Made by a program: the position numbers and the translations under genes
Notes under the pieces: model-generated
The model's input: only the letters and a program-made list of their open reading frames with translations
What the model was told of the DNA's origin: nothing
Databases searched by the model: none
Shown here: piece by piece, positions 36,723 to 46,783 of the stretch
Position numbering within the stretch: position 1 is the stretch's first letter
Layout: each line of letters begins with the position of its first letter
Source: a virus
Direction: 5' to 3' (one strand)
IMG/VR virus record: IMGVR_UViG_3300037961_002813
Span: 42,559-106,558 of that record
Length of the DNA: 64,000 bases

Positions 36723-38908
36723 TAGGAATAAGACCTTTTTTACTTCAAAAAGCATGGAGTATGATAGGTTATACTCCACAAGGACCGACAATGTTTCGTA
36801 ACCCACCGGCACAGCACTTCAAACCACCACAAAATATGGATTTACCTTTGTTTGCTCATGACGGTAGAGGTAAATCTTTGGTAGGTGAATGGACAAATGG
36901 AGAGCATGGAGAGCAAATTTACAATACAGAACTTGGCTCTTTTCAGCATGGTATAGATGCTTTAGCGAGTCATTTAGGAGATTTTTTACGAAGAAATAAT
37001 ATTAACAGAAGTCCGGTAGATGTGATTAATCAAGCAATAAAGCAATTCAATGCCACTCACACAGATAAGGCTCATCAATTACCTATGTTTGATAATTTGG
37101 CTTGGAGAAAACTAAGAGCCGGTATGTTACCACCGGGTGACGGAGATAGAGAAACAGCCACAAGACCAACTCGAACTCATAATAATACTTTAATTACTAC
37201 TTACACAAATAAAAATTACAAAGATACTCCATTTGGTAGGTTTATGGAATCTTATGCAATACCTTTTCATCAACAACTACAACATGTACTAGAAGATGAA
37301 CACGGTATAGAAGAAGAACAATGGAAGCGAATGCCGTATGTAAAATATCCCTATATGTATGCACATTATACTGTTCCTAATGTAATAGATGAAAACGGAC
37401 ATGTTCGTGCTTATGTTAGAAGTAATCATAGAGAACATCCCGGCCAAGTCACTTCACAAATGATGGGTGGCGCACCGGCAGATTACTTTGGAGATATACA
37501 AGATGTACACACATGGGAAACCTTACACCATTTACCCGATATTTTCTTTTATCCTAAATTAAATCAACATGGAAAAAAAGGTGGTAAAATTCCTACCGGA
37601 CTGTATCAATCTGCACACTCCATAATAGACCAAATAATGGATAAAGGTATAGAACATGTACCGGATATTAACATTACTTACAACCAATCCGGTAAACTAA
37701 CTCAACCCGATATGGTTCAAAGACCGTTAAGAGAAGTGCTACAAACACCGGATATGCGTGAAGCACTAATCAAAGATTTAGCACATGTACCCGCTATGAT
37801 GTATTTGTTTGGTAGAAGTTTTCAAGGAGATTTCAAAAACTTATACAATCTTATGATGGAAAATTATGGCACAGGAGAAGATGGATTATCCCATGAGGAC
37901 CACATGAGGTATCTTCAACCGGGAGAAAAGGGTGGTAAAGGGTTACATACTACTGCCGGTAAAATTATGGCTCTTGCTCGTAAATCGGGCGTTGGAGAAA
38001 ATGAGAGTAGAAGTAAATTTGGCGAACATCAAATTACATCCGAAGAACTAGAAACATTAGGAATTAAACATCACAACGAAACTGCACTAGGTCAAGTAGA
38101 CAGGTATCGTGGGATAATCGAAGCCTTAGCCGACCATCAAGCAAGTGCTAGAGGTCATACTGTAAAAATGGGAATCGGTGATATACCAACCGAACCAATG
38201 CAAAATCTTGATATTTTTGGATACCCCGAAGAGGGTGCTACTATGGGTATGGAAGAACACATGTCACCATATTTCCATGATTTAAGTGATTATGCGGCGA
38301 GTGAAGGAATGCCCGTTCCACCTCAATCCGCACCTCCTGCATCAGTAGATGCCCTTCCTAGTTCCGCCGGTGACACAGGCATGTCTACCCCGGTTTCTCG
38401 ACCTCTTCCGGTTTCTCAACCCGGCGGAACACCCCCACTCACAAGCCCGGCGGTTGCTGTACGGCGACCACCTCTATCTTTGCCGCAAGAATTTCAAGAG
38501 CGCAGACCACAAGCGGCATCTTTTGACCCTGCACAATTTAGACAATTTTTAGGTCTTAGACCCGGAGGGGAAGAACTAACTGAATTTGAACAAGCACAGC
38601 AAAGAGCAATTGCTGACCCAAGACAAACTCTTCTTACTCAATACATGAAATCCGAAGATTCGCATTTACCAATCATGGATAGAACATTGAAGGCTTTGGA
38701 AAGAATGCAATTTCATGAAGCGAGTTTAGATACAAGCATTAACCATGGTAGGGTTTTTGCTGATATAAACCAAATAGCCAAGCATGTAGGTCTTACAAGT
38801 GGTGAAGTTAATTCTATAAATGAATCAATGGGTGATTGGCACAAGATAGCAAAAGCATATTATGTGCAACCTAAAGTGGTAAAAGTAATTAAATTAAATA
38901 TGAAGTGA
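36719..38908 (+). CDS. Hypothetical protein (729 aa), candidate virion protein
   Basis: Long ORF in late operon. Confidence 0.75.
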   Translation: MIGIRPFLLQKAWSMIGYTPQGPTMFRNPPAQHFKPPQNMDLPLFAHDGRGKSLVGEWTNGEHGEQIYNTELGSFQHGIDALASHLGDFLRRNNINRSPVDVINQAIKQFNATHTDKAHQLPMFDNLAWRKLRAGMLPPGDGDRETATRPTRTHNNTLITTYTNKNYKDTPFGRFMESYAIPFHQQLQHVLEDEHGIEEEQWKRMPYVKYPYMYAHYTVPNVIDENGHVRAYVRSNHREHPGQVTSQMMGGAPADYFGDIQDVHTWETLHHLPDIFFYPKLNQHGKKGGKIPTGLYQSAHSIIDQIMDKGIEHVPDINITYNQSGKLTQPDMVQRPLREVLQTPDMREALIKDLAHVPAMMYLFGRSFQGDFKNLYNLMMENYGTGEDGLSHEDHMRYLQPGEKGGKGLHTTAGKIMALARKSGVGENESRSKFGEHQITSEELETLGIKHHNETALGQVDRYRGIIEALADHQASARGHTVKMGIGDIPTEPMQNLDIFGYPEEGATMGMEEHMSPYFHDLSDYAASEGMPVPPQSAPPASVDALPSSAGDTGMSTPVSRPLPVSQPGGTPPLTSPAVAVRRPPLSLPQEFQERRPQAASFDPAQFRQFLGLRPGGEELTEFEQAQQRAIADPRQTLLTQYMKSEDSHLPIMDRTLKALERMQFHEASLDTSINHGRVFADINQIAKHVGLTSGEVNSINESMGDWHKIAKAYYVQPKVVKVIKLNMK

Positions 38909-38912
38909 TATT

Positions 38913-40085
38913 ATGGCTAAAATTCTTGTTAAAAAATCCGCACCTAAAGGTGTGTTAATTAAAAAGAGAGTAGGCCAACAACTTCCAAATGACCAAGGTT
39001 TATTTCAAACACCGGATAGGGGTAAATCCTTTATGGATTTTGCTAGAATTGCCTTCGGACCAAGAAGAAAAAAAGCAAGTAGCGAGTTTGATGTTGATAG
39101 ACCCGGTATTAAACCAACAGCAAGATTAGCCGCACTTGCAGGTATGACAGGTAAAGGGATTGCAGGTGTTGCGGCTTTAAATGAAACCATGAATGCTATG
39201 CAAGGTGGTAATATGACCGCACCATTAGGTATAGGTTATTCTTATGAAAGACTTGACCCAACAGGAAGAATGATTAGTGATTTTGCCGACCCTACTTTAT
39301 CTCATAAACCTGTAAAATTAGATAATACACCACCAAAGAAAGCAAGTGTTGATGCGTTTTTAGACCCACGAAATAGTCATACAAGAGGACCTAGAGGACC
39401 ACCTTTACCTGCGGATTCGCCTCTTAATAGATTCGGAAACCCGGAGGCCGGTTTAGCCCGTCGAATACCCGGTAGAGAGCAACGACAGGCATCAACATAT
39501 CCACAACATACAATGAGCAGAAGAACGGCTTTTAACCAACTAGGTGCAGGTCAGCCGACAGGAGTTCCTATCCAAGCCAAAAGACCTTCACCTGTTCAAG
39601 TTCCACCTAGCCATGTTCCGGGTGCTGTAGCGAGTAATGTAACGATTGAGCCTGTTGGTGGTATATCTCAATCACAACCACCGAATTATCCGGGTAATCA
39701 AACCTCTCTCCCTCCACCACCTCAACCTCCATTACCTCCACTAAATCAAGCACTTGCAACATTAGGACCACAATCATCTGCTCAACCAATTCCTCCACTT
39801 CAACAACCACAACAGCCACAACAGCCACAACAGCCACAACAGCCACAACAGCCACAACAGCCACAACAACAACAAACCGGTCAAGTACCACAAGGTCAAG
39901 TAGGACAAGTACCCGGTGACCAAAGTATGTTTCTTTCTCCCGAAGAATTCCATCAAAACCAACTGATGCAAAATAAATCATTCGTTACCGCACTTACTGA
40001 AAAGTTAGGTGCTGATATAGTTTACAAGATGACACCCCATGAAATAGGAACATTTGCCGCATATACTTTACTAAAATTGAGATGA
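38913..40085 (+). CDS. Pro/Gln-rich protein with MAKILVKK N-terminus
   Basis: ORF track; QQP tandem repeats. Confidence 0.7.
   Translation: MAKILVKKSAPKGVLIKKRVGQQLPNDQGLFQTPDRGKSFMDFARIAFGPRRKKASSEFDVDRPGIKPTARLAALAGMTGKGIAGVAALNETMNAMQGGNMTAPLGIGYSYERLDPTGRMISDFADPTLSHKPVKLDNTPPKKASVDAFLDPRNSHTRGPRGPPLPADSPLNRFGNPEAGLARRIPGREQRQASTYPQHTMSRRTAFNQLGAGQPTGVPIQAKRPSPVQVPPSHVPGAVASNVTIEPVGGISQSQPPNYPGNQTSLPPPPQPPLPPLNQALATLGPQSSAQPIPPLQQPQQPQQPQQPQQPQQPQQPQQQQTGQVPQGQVGQVPGDQSMFLSPEEFHQNQLMQNKSFVTALTEKLGADIVYKMTPHEIGTFAAYTLLKLR
39801..39874 (+). repeat. 9-bp tandem repeat (CAACAGCCA)n encoding QQP
   Basis: About 7 units. Confidence 0.9.
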
Positions 40086-40089
40086 TACT

Positions 40090-41577
40090 ATGAGTGAAAA
40101 CATGGAACAGTTTATCCTAGATATGGATAGAAAGATGGCTGAAAAGTCATTTAAGTTCTTTTTCACAGATATACTTGGTTTTCATTACAGTACCCATCAT
40201 GAAATGTGGGATAAAGGATTGAAAGAAAATCGTTACTACTGCGTTAAAGCGAGTCGTGACCACGGTAAATCCACTTTGTTTATGTCGTATGCTCTATGGA
40301 TAGCCGCTTTCAATCCCGGTACTCACATCATGATTTTCTCACACTCATTAGAACAGACACTTGAACACATGAGATTTATTCGTAATAACATAGAAAGTGC
40401 TGATATTCTAAGAGGTTTGAAGCCCGACCAAGGTAGACCTTGGGCTAAATCATACTTCGAGTTCACTAACGGTAGCCGTATCATGGCTAAGTCGGTTGGT
40501 GGTGCTACTCGTGGTTTCCACCCCGATGTAGTAGTATGTGATGACATCTTGTGGGGTACTACAGGTGGAGAGTTACAAAGAGCCGCCGATTGGTTCTATG
40601 GTGTATTACTTCCGGTACTGCACCACACAGCACGATTGATGATGGTTGGTACACCGTTTAGTTACAATGACTTGTATGCTGAACTTGAAGAAAAAGAAAC
40701 ATTTGCTGTAGAAACATATCCTGCTATCAATGCGGAAGGTATAGCACTTTGGCCGGAAAGATGGAATCTTGAGGCACTTGAACAAAGGCGATTATCAATG
40801 CCCGCTATACAATTTAGCCGTGAGTATCTGTGTGAACCTATCCACGATGTAGCGAGTATGTTCCCTGCTACTATACTTGAGGCGGCTCGTGATAAAGAGT
40901 TAGTGCTTCTTGATAGGGCTGATACTGAATTCGATGAAGAGGGTAATCCGGCAGGGGTATTTGGACAGCACTTTATCGGATGGGATACAGCGATTGCTTC
41001 CGATAAGAACGCTGACTATACCGCTATGTTAGTACTAAGAACACCACCGGGTGATAATATCAAAGAAATAGTTGGTATTGTACACGAAAAAGGTCTTGGT
41101 GGTGCGGCACAGAAAAAACAAATTTTACTGTTAAATAACAGGTTTCAACCCGATTTGATTGAACTTGAAGGTAACAACTTTCAGCGTATGTTTGCGGCTG
41201 AACTTCAAGACATGAGAGGGGATATTCCTATTCGCACATTTATGACAACACGCCAAAGAAAAGAAAGTATGTTCATGTCACTTCTTATGGCGTTTGAGCA
41301 AGGACAAATAAAAACTCCATACGGTGATGAGCGAAGTCGTGAATTTACACATAAGTTAGAATCCGAGTTAAACAGATTTGGTATGCAGAAGAATGGCAAA
41401 CTAGAATCTGTAGGAACTCACGATGACTTGGCTATGGCATTGGCTTTGGCTAATTGGGGAACAAAAGAATTCAAGGGTTCAGTAGTATTACTTGATGATG
41501 TATTACCGGGCTTTGATGAGTGGATAACAGGGAAACCACACAGAAATTATGGAAAAAATGATTGGGTGATACCGTGA
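40090..41577 (+). CDS. terL: Terminase large subunit
   Basis: Walker A ASRDHGKS, Walker B VVVCDD, motif III VGTP, nuclease GWDTA...DYTA, HDDLAMAL. Confidence 0.95.
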   Translation: MSENMEQFILDMDRKMAEKSFKFFFTDILGFHYSTHHEMWDKGLKENRYYCVKASRDHGKSTLFMSYALWIAAFNPGTHIMIFSHSLEQTLEHMRFIRNNIESADILRGLKPDQGRPWAKSYFEFTNGSRIMAKSVGGATRGFHPDVVVCDDILWGTTGGELQRAADWFYGVLLPVLHHTARLMMVGTPFSYNDLYAELEEKETFAVETYPAINAEGIALWPERWNLEALEQRRLSMPAIQFSREYLCEPIHDVASMFPATILEAARDKELVLLDRADTEFDEEGNPAGVFGQHFIGWDTAIASDKNADYTAMLVLRTPPGDNIKEIVGIVHEKGLGGAAQKKQILLLNNRFQPDLIELEGNNFQRMFAAELQDMRGDIPIRTFMTTRQRKESMFMSLLMAFEQGQIKTPYGDERSREFTHKLESELNRFGMQKNGKLESVGTHDDLAMALALANWGTKEFKGSVVLLDDVLPGFDEWITGKPHRNYGKNDWVIP

Positions 41578-41759
41578 GTTGTGAATGTGGACATTGTATT
41601 GGAATGGATAGTGCGTTTGACTTTTTAGAAAAGAAACTATGCCCCGAAGGTAAAGCGGCGGCAAAGCGTAAATTCAAAGTTTATCCGTCAGCCTATGCTA
41701 ATGGATGGGCTGTTCAATATTGTCGTGGTAAGTTTAGAAAGAAGGGGAAGAAAAAATGA
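41574..41759 (+). CDS. Small basic protein (KRKFKVYPSAYAN module)
   Basis: CECGHC followed by MDSAFDFLEK tag and basic module. Confidence 0.7.
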   Translation: MSCECGHCIGMDSAFDFLEKKLCPEGKAAAKRKFKVYPSAYANGWAVQYCRGKFRKKGKKK

Positions 41760-41917
41760 AACTTAAAAAAGATAAATGTTGTTGTGGTGGAACTAAAAAA
41801 ACACCTTGTATTTGTATGGTGCAAGGTAACCAATGTTCTGCAACTGCACCTAAATGCCCTTGCTATGCTTTGTTAGATAAACAAAGAAACATCAAAAAAA
41901 TGGTTGCAGTAAGGTGA
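41756..41917 (+). CDS. Small Cys-rich protein (53 aa)
   Basis: Manual translation MKLKKDKCCCGGTKKTPCICMVQGNQCSATAPKCPCYALL...; ATGA overlap. Confidence 0.6.
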   Translation: MKLKKDKCCCGGTKKTPCICMVQGNQCSATAPKCPCYALLDKQRNIKKMVAVR

Positions 41918-41921
41918 GTAC

Positions 41922-42935
41922 ATGACTAAAGTATTAATCCGCAAGAACTTGAACCGATGGTTCAAAGAAAAGTGGGTTGATGTTAGTCGTAAAGATAAGG
42001 ATGGTAAGCACCCGCCATGCGGTAGGTCAAAAGCCAAGACTTCAAGCAAAGGTTATCCAAAGTGTAGACCGAGTGTAAAAGTTTCAAGTAAAACTCCAAA
42101 AACTTCCGGCTCAATGTCCGAAGGGCAAAAACAAGCCGCTACTAAAAGAAAGCGTAGTAAGAAACAAGGAGTCGGTGGTAAGCCTACAATTGTAAAAGAA
42201 GATTTCATCAATGACCCTATGAGTAGTTTTAACATGATGATGGCTTTACAAGATGAAGCGTATAAATTGGCTGAATTAAATATGCCTTACTCTCGTGAAA
42301 TATATCCAAATCGTGATGAATATGAAGATGCTTTAGAATTGGAAGGAGAATATCAACTTATGCAGATGATGACTAATCCTAAGTATGCACCTCTAAGAGA
42401 AAGATATATGCAAAGTATCCCAAAAATGACTGAAACAGATGGGTTTTCTCAAGATTTTATTGATACTTACAAAGGCAATCCAATAGAAATCGCATTTAGA
42501 TTATTAAAAGCACCTCGTATACCTCGTAAAAAAGGACAACCTGCGGGTTCAAAGAAGCATTCCGATTTGTATACTGATGAAAACCCAAAAGGAACAATAC
42601 ATAATTTAGGATTTAAAAATCCTCAAAAAGCAAGACAGTCAGTTAGTAAAATCAAAAACAGTAGTAGAACTCATGCTCACAAAACTCAAGCGGCTATCGC
42701 TATGGAACAAAGAGCAAGAGAAATGGGTAAAAAACAAGAAGCAGGTATATACCGTAGATTCATAGAGCAACAGAAAAAGAAAACAAAGGAGATGAATAAA
42801 ATGGATGATAAGAAGAAAAAGAAAGGCGTTGTAATGGTCATCGCTATTGGTGGTAAGCCACCTAAAGGTATGGAAAAACCAAAAGATGACAAGAAAAAAG
42901 CATTTGATGACGCTTGGAATACATTAAATAAATAG
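41922..42935 (+). CDS. Modular basic protein (WFKEKWVD..PCGR..YPKCRP and HSDLYTDENPKGT modules)
   Basis: Basic modules separated by PTIVK and GNPIEIAFRLLK; C-terminal AFDDAWNTLNK. Confidence 0.75.
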   Translation: MTKVLIRKNLNRWFKEKWVDVSRKDKDGKHPPCGRSKAKTSSKGYPKCRPSVKVSSKTPKTSGSMSEGQKQAATKRKRSKKQGVGGKPTIVKEDFINDPMSSFNMMMALQDEAYKLAELNMPYSREIYPNRDEYEDALELEGEYQLMQMMTNPKYAPLRERYMQSIPKMTETDGFSQDFIDTYKGNPIEIAFRLLKAPRIPRKKGQPAGSKKHSDLYTDENPKGTIHNLGFKNPQKARQSVSKIKNSSRTHAHKTQAAIAMEQRAREMGKKQEAGIYRRFIEQQKKKTKEMNKMDDKKKKKGVVMVIAIGGKPPKGMEKPKDDKKKAFDDAWNTLNK

Positions 42936-42953
42936 GTCAATTTGGTGGTCATT

Positions 42954-44252
42954 ATGTGGGGTAGTGCTTTACTAGGTGATGAGTACGACCTCGCTGTACA
43001 ACCTGCTGATGATTTAACAAAAAGCGTTTTATCGAATTTATCACAGCATCCCGAATTTACAGTTACTACAGCCCCTATAGAAAAATCATCAAGTTTGTTT
43101 TCTAATGACGATATTAAATCGTATAGTTTTGCACCTAACGGTGATGGGTGGTTAGAGAGTACATACGGTAAAGACGCTAACTCAATAATTCGTATGTGTA
43201 GAAAAATGCGAAGATTAGATAAAGATAATCGTGAAAGTATTGATGCAATCATTGATGACATTCGCACAATAAAATCTATGGAAATAGAAGCCACTATTGG
43301 TAATCTTTCATGGAGTGAAGGTTTAGAAGATGTAATAAAAAATATAGGTCTTAATGATAGAAGCCTAAAAGCACTTCGTAAATTCGGTGAATCTCGTTCA
43401 TCTTCTTTACAAAAAGCATGTCAATTGTATCTTAAATCTATGACCGTATTGAATTTATTAAATGAAAAGTTAGATTGGGGAGTTGATGACCAAAAAGAAT
43501 GGGCTAATGCTTTACAGTTGAAAAAAGATGCTCGTAAAATGTGGTCTAACACTTTGCATCAAATTGATAGTATATCAAAAACAGATAAAGCAACTCTTAA
43601 TTTTATTTCCGATGAATTAACAAAATCCGGTCCACTTAGTAGTCGTGAGTTAGTTCGTAGAGGTGTTGGAACTATATCTAAATCTGTTACCCCTACAAAG
43701 GTAGGTATGCTATTGAAAATGTACGGTGAAGAGATAGATATTTACAAAAGTAACAGTAGAGGTGACTTTGTAAAAATTAATTCTCATGGTTTAATTATCA
43801 AAGATATATGGGCTTATGCCGCAGGTTTTCTTGATGCTGACGGTAGTATATTCATAACAGAAAGGGGCGAACCAAGAGCGACATTTATCGCTACAGGTGA
43901 TAGGGGTCGTATGCAGTGTGAAGAGTTACACAAAGCACTAGGTTGCGGTAGATTAGTTCTAAATCAAAGAATACATAAAAACAGTGTCCGAAGCCAACAC
44001 CGACTCATATTCTCATCAAAAAATGATTTAAGGCAATTATTGAAAGGTATATTACCCCATTTAAAAATGAAATCGTTGCAAGCAAAGGCTGTTTTATCCT
44101 TTGTAGATGAAAAAGATAAGATGAGAAAAGACGAATTGTATCGTGTTGTTACATATAACAATTGGAAAGACGACAAGAAAAAGGCCGATAGTTTCTTGAG
44201 TAAATGGGGCGTGGATGCAGATACAATAGGTAATTATGCGGAGAGTTTGTAA
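42954..44252 (+). CDS. Protein with C-terminal LAGLIDADG endonuclease-like domain
   Basis: YAAGFLDADGSI; FIATG; ILPHLKMKSLQAK; preceded by helical and wHTH-like region. Confidence 0.8.
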   Translation: MWGSALLGDEYDLAVQPADDLTKSVLSNLSQHPEFTVTTAPIEKSSSLFSNDDIKSYSFAPNGDGWLESTYGKDANSIIRMCRKMRRLDKDNRESIDAIIDDIRTIKSMEIEATIGNLSWSEGLEDVIKNIGLNDRSLKALRKFGESRSSSLQKACQLYLKSMTVLNLLNEKLDWGVDDQKEWANALQLKKDARKMWSNTLHQIDSISKTDKATLNFISDELTKSGPLSSRELVRRGVGTISKSVTPTKVGMLLKMYGEEIDIYKSNSRGDFVKINSHGLIIKDIWAYAAGFLDADGSIFITERGEPRATFIATGDRGRMQCEELHKALGCGRLVLNQRIHKNSVRSQHRLIFSSKNDLRQLLKGILPHLKMKSLQAKAVLSFVDEKDKMRKDELYRVVTYNNWKDDKKKADSFLSKWGVDADTIGNYAESL

Positions 44253-46039
44253 TGGCAGATGATGAAAGTAGAATTAGTCGGTTTCTTTCGACATTGAGTA
44301 AACCCTTCAAGCGTAAGTCATCACCAACCCCGACTATGCCGCTTTGGACAAGTGGTATACAAGAACCTGTAATGGCACAGGGTATCACGATACCTGCTCT
44401 TTATGCAGTAAGCACAGAATGTTTGATTCTAAGAACCGTACTTTCTAAATTAAGACAAGAGATGTTTAGAAGAGGATACTATTGGGAAAAGAAGTTCCAT
44501 AAGAAATGTGTTCAGTGCGATGAAGAATATCAACACGATGTACAAGTATGTGAAACATGCGGTGGGGAAGTTAGAGGACCGGATAACGAAGAATTAGTAT
44601 ATGCTAAGTGGTTACTCAAACAAGAAAATAGTATGGAACAACAGTTCTTACATGTTCTACATGAGATTGAAAATGACCTAAATATTGTAGATGACGCATT
44701 TATGATATTTGTAAAAGAGTATTATATTGACCCGGAAACAAAAGAGGTCGCATTTTATCGTGTAAAAGAAATGATTAGAGGTGACCCTATATTTATGAGA
44801 ATAGTTGCTGATAAAAGAGGGGTAAGAGGTGGTCGTTACAAGACTTGTTTAATTCACCGTGACCAAGTAAAAACACACGCAGAAGATGATAAGTGCGAAG
44901 TTTGTGGTAGCGATTTACACGATGTACACTATGTAAACATGGCAGGTAGTGGTAAAACACAATACTTCGTTGAAGGTGAAGTACTCCATGTCAGTAAATA
45001 TAATCCATCTAAATTATATGGCCGTTCTCCTGTCAATACAATGTGGCGACAAGCCATGACATTAACAGCGATGGATAACTACATGTATACTGCTTATCAA
45101 AAGCGTAGAATGCCTAAAGGTATTATTTCTGTTACAACCGACAATCTTGAATCAATGAAGTCATTTTGGAAGTCAGTAGATGAAAAAATGGAGAGAGACC
45201 CCCACTATGTACCTAAAGTTGGTATTGAATCTAATACCGGTAGAGGTGGTGTCAATTGGGTTAAATTCATGGATACCCTAGAAGAGATGCAATATATTGC
45301 TGTCCGTGATGAAATAAGAAATCGAATTGCCGCTTATTTTGGTGTATCAAGTATATTTATGGTAGACAATGGTAAGTCCGGTGGTCTTAACAACGAAGGT
45401 CTACAGATTCTTGTTACTAATCGTGCAGTAGAGTTTGGACAAAAAATTTACACTGATGTTTTATTCCCTAAGATTCTAAAACAAATGGGAGTGTTTGATT
45501 GGAAATTAACACTATATCCAAACGAAGAAGAAGATGAAATTACAAGACTACGCCGTGATGAGCAAGAGTTGAATGTAGCACAAAGAATGGCTCAACTCGG
45601 TTTCGTGCCGGAATTGATTAGTGGTGATACAAGTAACGACATTAAATTTGTTTATCGTAAACCTAAACCCGAAGAACAACAAGGCGCACCACCTCCGGGT
45701 GGCGCACCACCAATGATGCCACCGGGTGGAGGAAGAATGCCTCCGGGTATGCCAATGGGTGGTATGCCTCCGGGTATGCCAATGGGTGGTATGCCACCGG
45801 GTATGCCAATGAGAGGTATGCCTCCGGGTATGCCAATGGGTAACATGCCAATGCCACCTCCACAACCGGGTGGTCAAGGTGTAGGAATACGCAACCGTGG
45901 TCCTGCCGCACCCGAAAGAAGAACCTCACCGGGTAGTGGTGCGCCTGTAACAAGTGTACAACAAAGAGGACCACCACCATCACTTGGACAGCAGAATGTA
46001 AACACCATGCAGAATGCTCGAAGATTTAGAGGTGCATAA
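44252..46039 (+). CDS. Portal protein
   Basis: Position after terminase; LYGRSP, MPKGII, RIAAYFGVSSIF, GGLNNEGLQ; two CxxC inserts; Pro/Gly/Met tail. Confidence 0.9.
   Translation: MADDESRISRFLSTLSKPFKRKSSPTPTMPLWTSGIQEPVMAQGITIPALYAVSTECLILRTVLSKLRQEMFRRGYYWEKKFHKKCVQCDEEYQHDVQVCETCGGEVRGPDNEELVYAKWLLKQENSMEQQFLHVLHEIENDLNIVDDAFMIFVKEYYIDPETKEVAFYRVKEMIRGDPIFMRIVADKRGVRGGRYKTCLIHRDQVKTHAEDDKCEVCGSDLHDVHYVNMAGSGKTQYFVEGEVLHVSKYNPSKLYGRSPVNTMWRQAMTLTAMDNYMYTAYQKRRMPKGIISVTTDNLESMKSFWKSVDEKMERDPHYVPKVGIESNTGRGGVNWVKFMDTLEEMQYIAVRDEIRNRIAAYFGVSSIFMVDNGKSGGLNNEGLQILVTNRAVEFGQKIYTDVLFPKILKQMGVFDWKLTLYPNEEEDEITRLRRDEQELNVAQRMAQLGFVPELISGDTSNDIKFVYRKPKPEEQQGAPPPGGAPPMMPPGGGRMPPGMPMGGMPPGMPMGGMPPGMPMRGMPPGMPMGNMPMPPPQPGGQGVGIRNRGPAAPERRTSPGSGAPVTSVQQRGPPPSLGQQNVNTMQNARRFRGA
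45737..45842 (+). repeat. 27-bp tandem repeat encoding MPPGMPMGG
   Basis: ATGCCTCCGGGTATGCCAATGGGTGGT x4, slightly degenerate. Confidence 0.9.
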
Positions 46040-46078
46040 GAAACGCTTTTATTATAGTAGTATGTGAGACAGGCAGGG

Positions 46079-46435
46079 ATGAAGATGGAATTAATCAAAA
46101 TGCACCCAATGGCAAGAAAACTTGAACAAGCCCAAAAGGGATTTCTAACAGCCCTAGAAAGTGATAATGCAGAAGTAGCAAAACAACATTTGACAGAAGT
46201 ACAAAAACTAGCAGACTTCCTCGCAGATGACCTAAATACGGTTATCGCAAAGTCCGAATCCGCTAAAGGTGTAAATGATATTTATGCAGGTGGAGTTCCT
46301 GTAATGAAGTTCACCGAAGGAAGAGGAAGGACAGGTTCTATTCAAGGGCAAAGACTTCCCGGCTCTATTACTACAGGAATTAGAAAATCTAACTTTAGCC
46401 GCAGTGCAGGTACATTTGGCCGCTATTCAAATTGA
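46079..46435 (+). CDS. Hypothetical head-associated protein
   Basis: ORF after portal; VIAK/SES motif. Confidence 0.65.
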   Translation: MKMELIKMHPMARKLEQAQKGFLTALESDNAEVAKQHLTEVQKLADFLADDLNTVIAKSESAKGVNDIYAGGVPVMKFTEGRGRTGSIQGQRLPGSITTGIRKSNFSRSAGTFGRYSN

Positions 46436-46444
46436 GGTCATACT

Positions 46445-46783
46445 ATGACAGAAGATAAATCCGAACTTTTAGTGAACGCTTTAATCACTAAAATGGAAGT
46501 TATGGATTCTAACATAGAGATTTTAAAACAAGAAAATGAGCGTCTTAAAAGTATAATTAACAACCCTCAAAGATTGTTGAGAAAAATGGGTATGGTAAAA
46601 ACTACTACTCCGTTTACCGAAGATGTACAAGATGACCCTTTTAGAAACGACCTAAATAATAATTCAATTCTAAAAGGTCAAAATACCACTATCCCGCAAA
46701 CCAATGAAGAATTCCACAATATGGATTGGGATGAAATTCATGAGTTAGCAAACCAAGCAAAAAAGACAGATGTGATACAATGA
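46445..46783 (+). CDS. Candidate accessory scaffolding protein
   Basis: Coiled coil plus C-terminal TIPQTNEEFHNMDWDEIHELAN matching the protease/scaffold tail. Confidence 0.65.
   Translation: MTEDKSELLVNALITKMEVMDSNIEILKQENERLKSIINNPQRLLRKMGMVKTTTPFTEDVQDDPFRNDLNNNSILKGQNTTIPQTNEEFHNMDWDEIHELANQAKKTDVIQ

Noticed and set aside
39607-39981. Minus-strand ORFs with VVA and LLW repeats resembling membrane proteins
   Set aside because: They are antisense shadows of the CAACAGCCA (QQP) repeat.
42942-44252. Intein or group I intron
   Set aside because: No N-terminal C/S or C-terminal HN splice motifs; terminase and portal on either side look uninterrupted.
45548-46098. Minus-strand ORFs with HWHTRR, GIPGG and AYPEA repeats
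   Set aside because: They are antisense shadows of the portal PPGMPMGG repeat.
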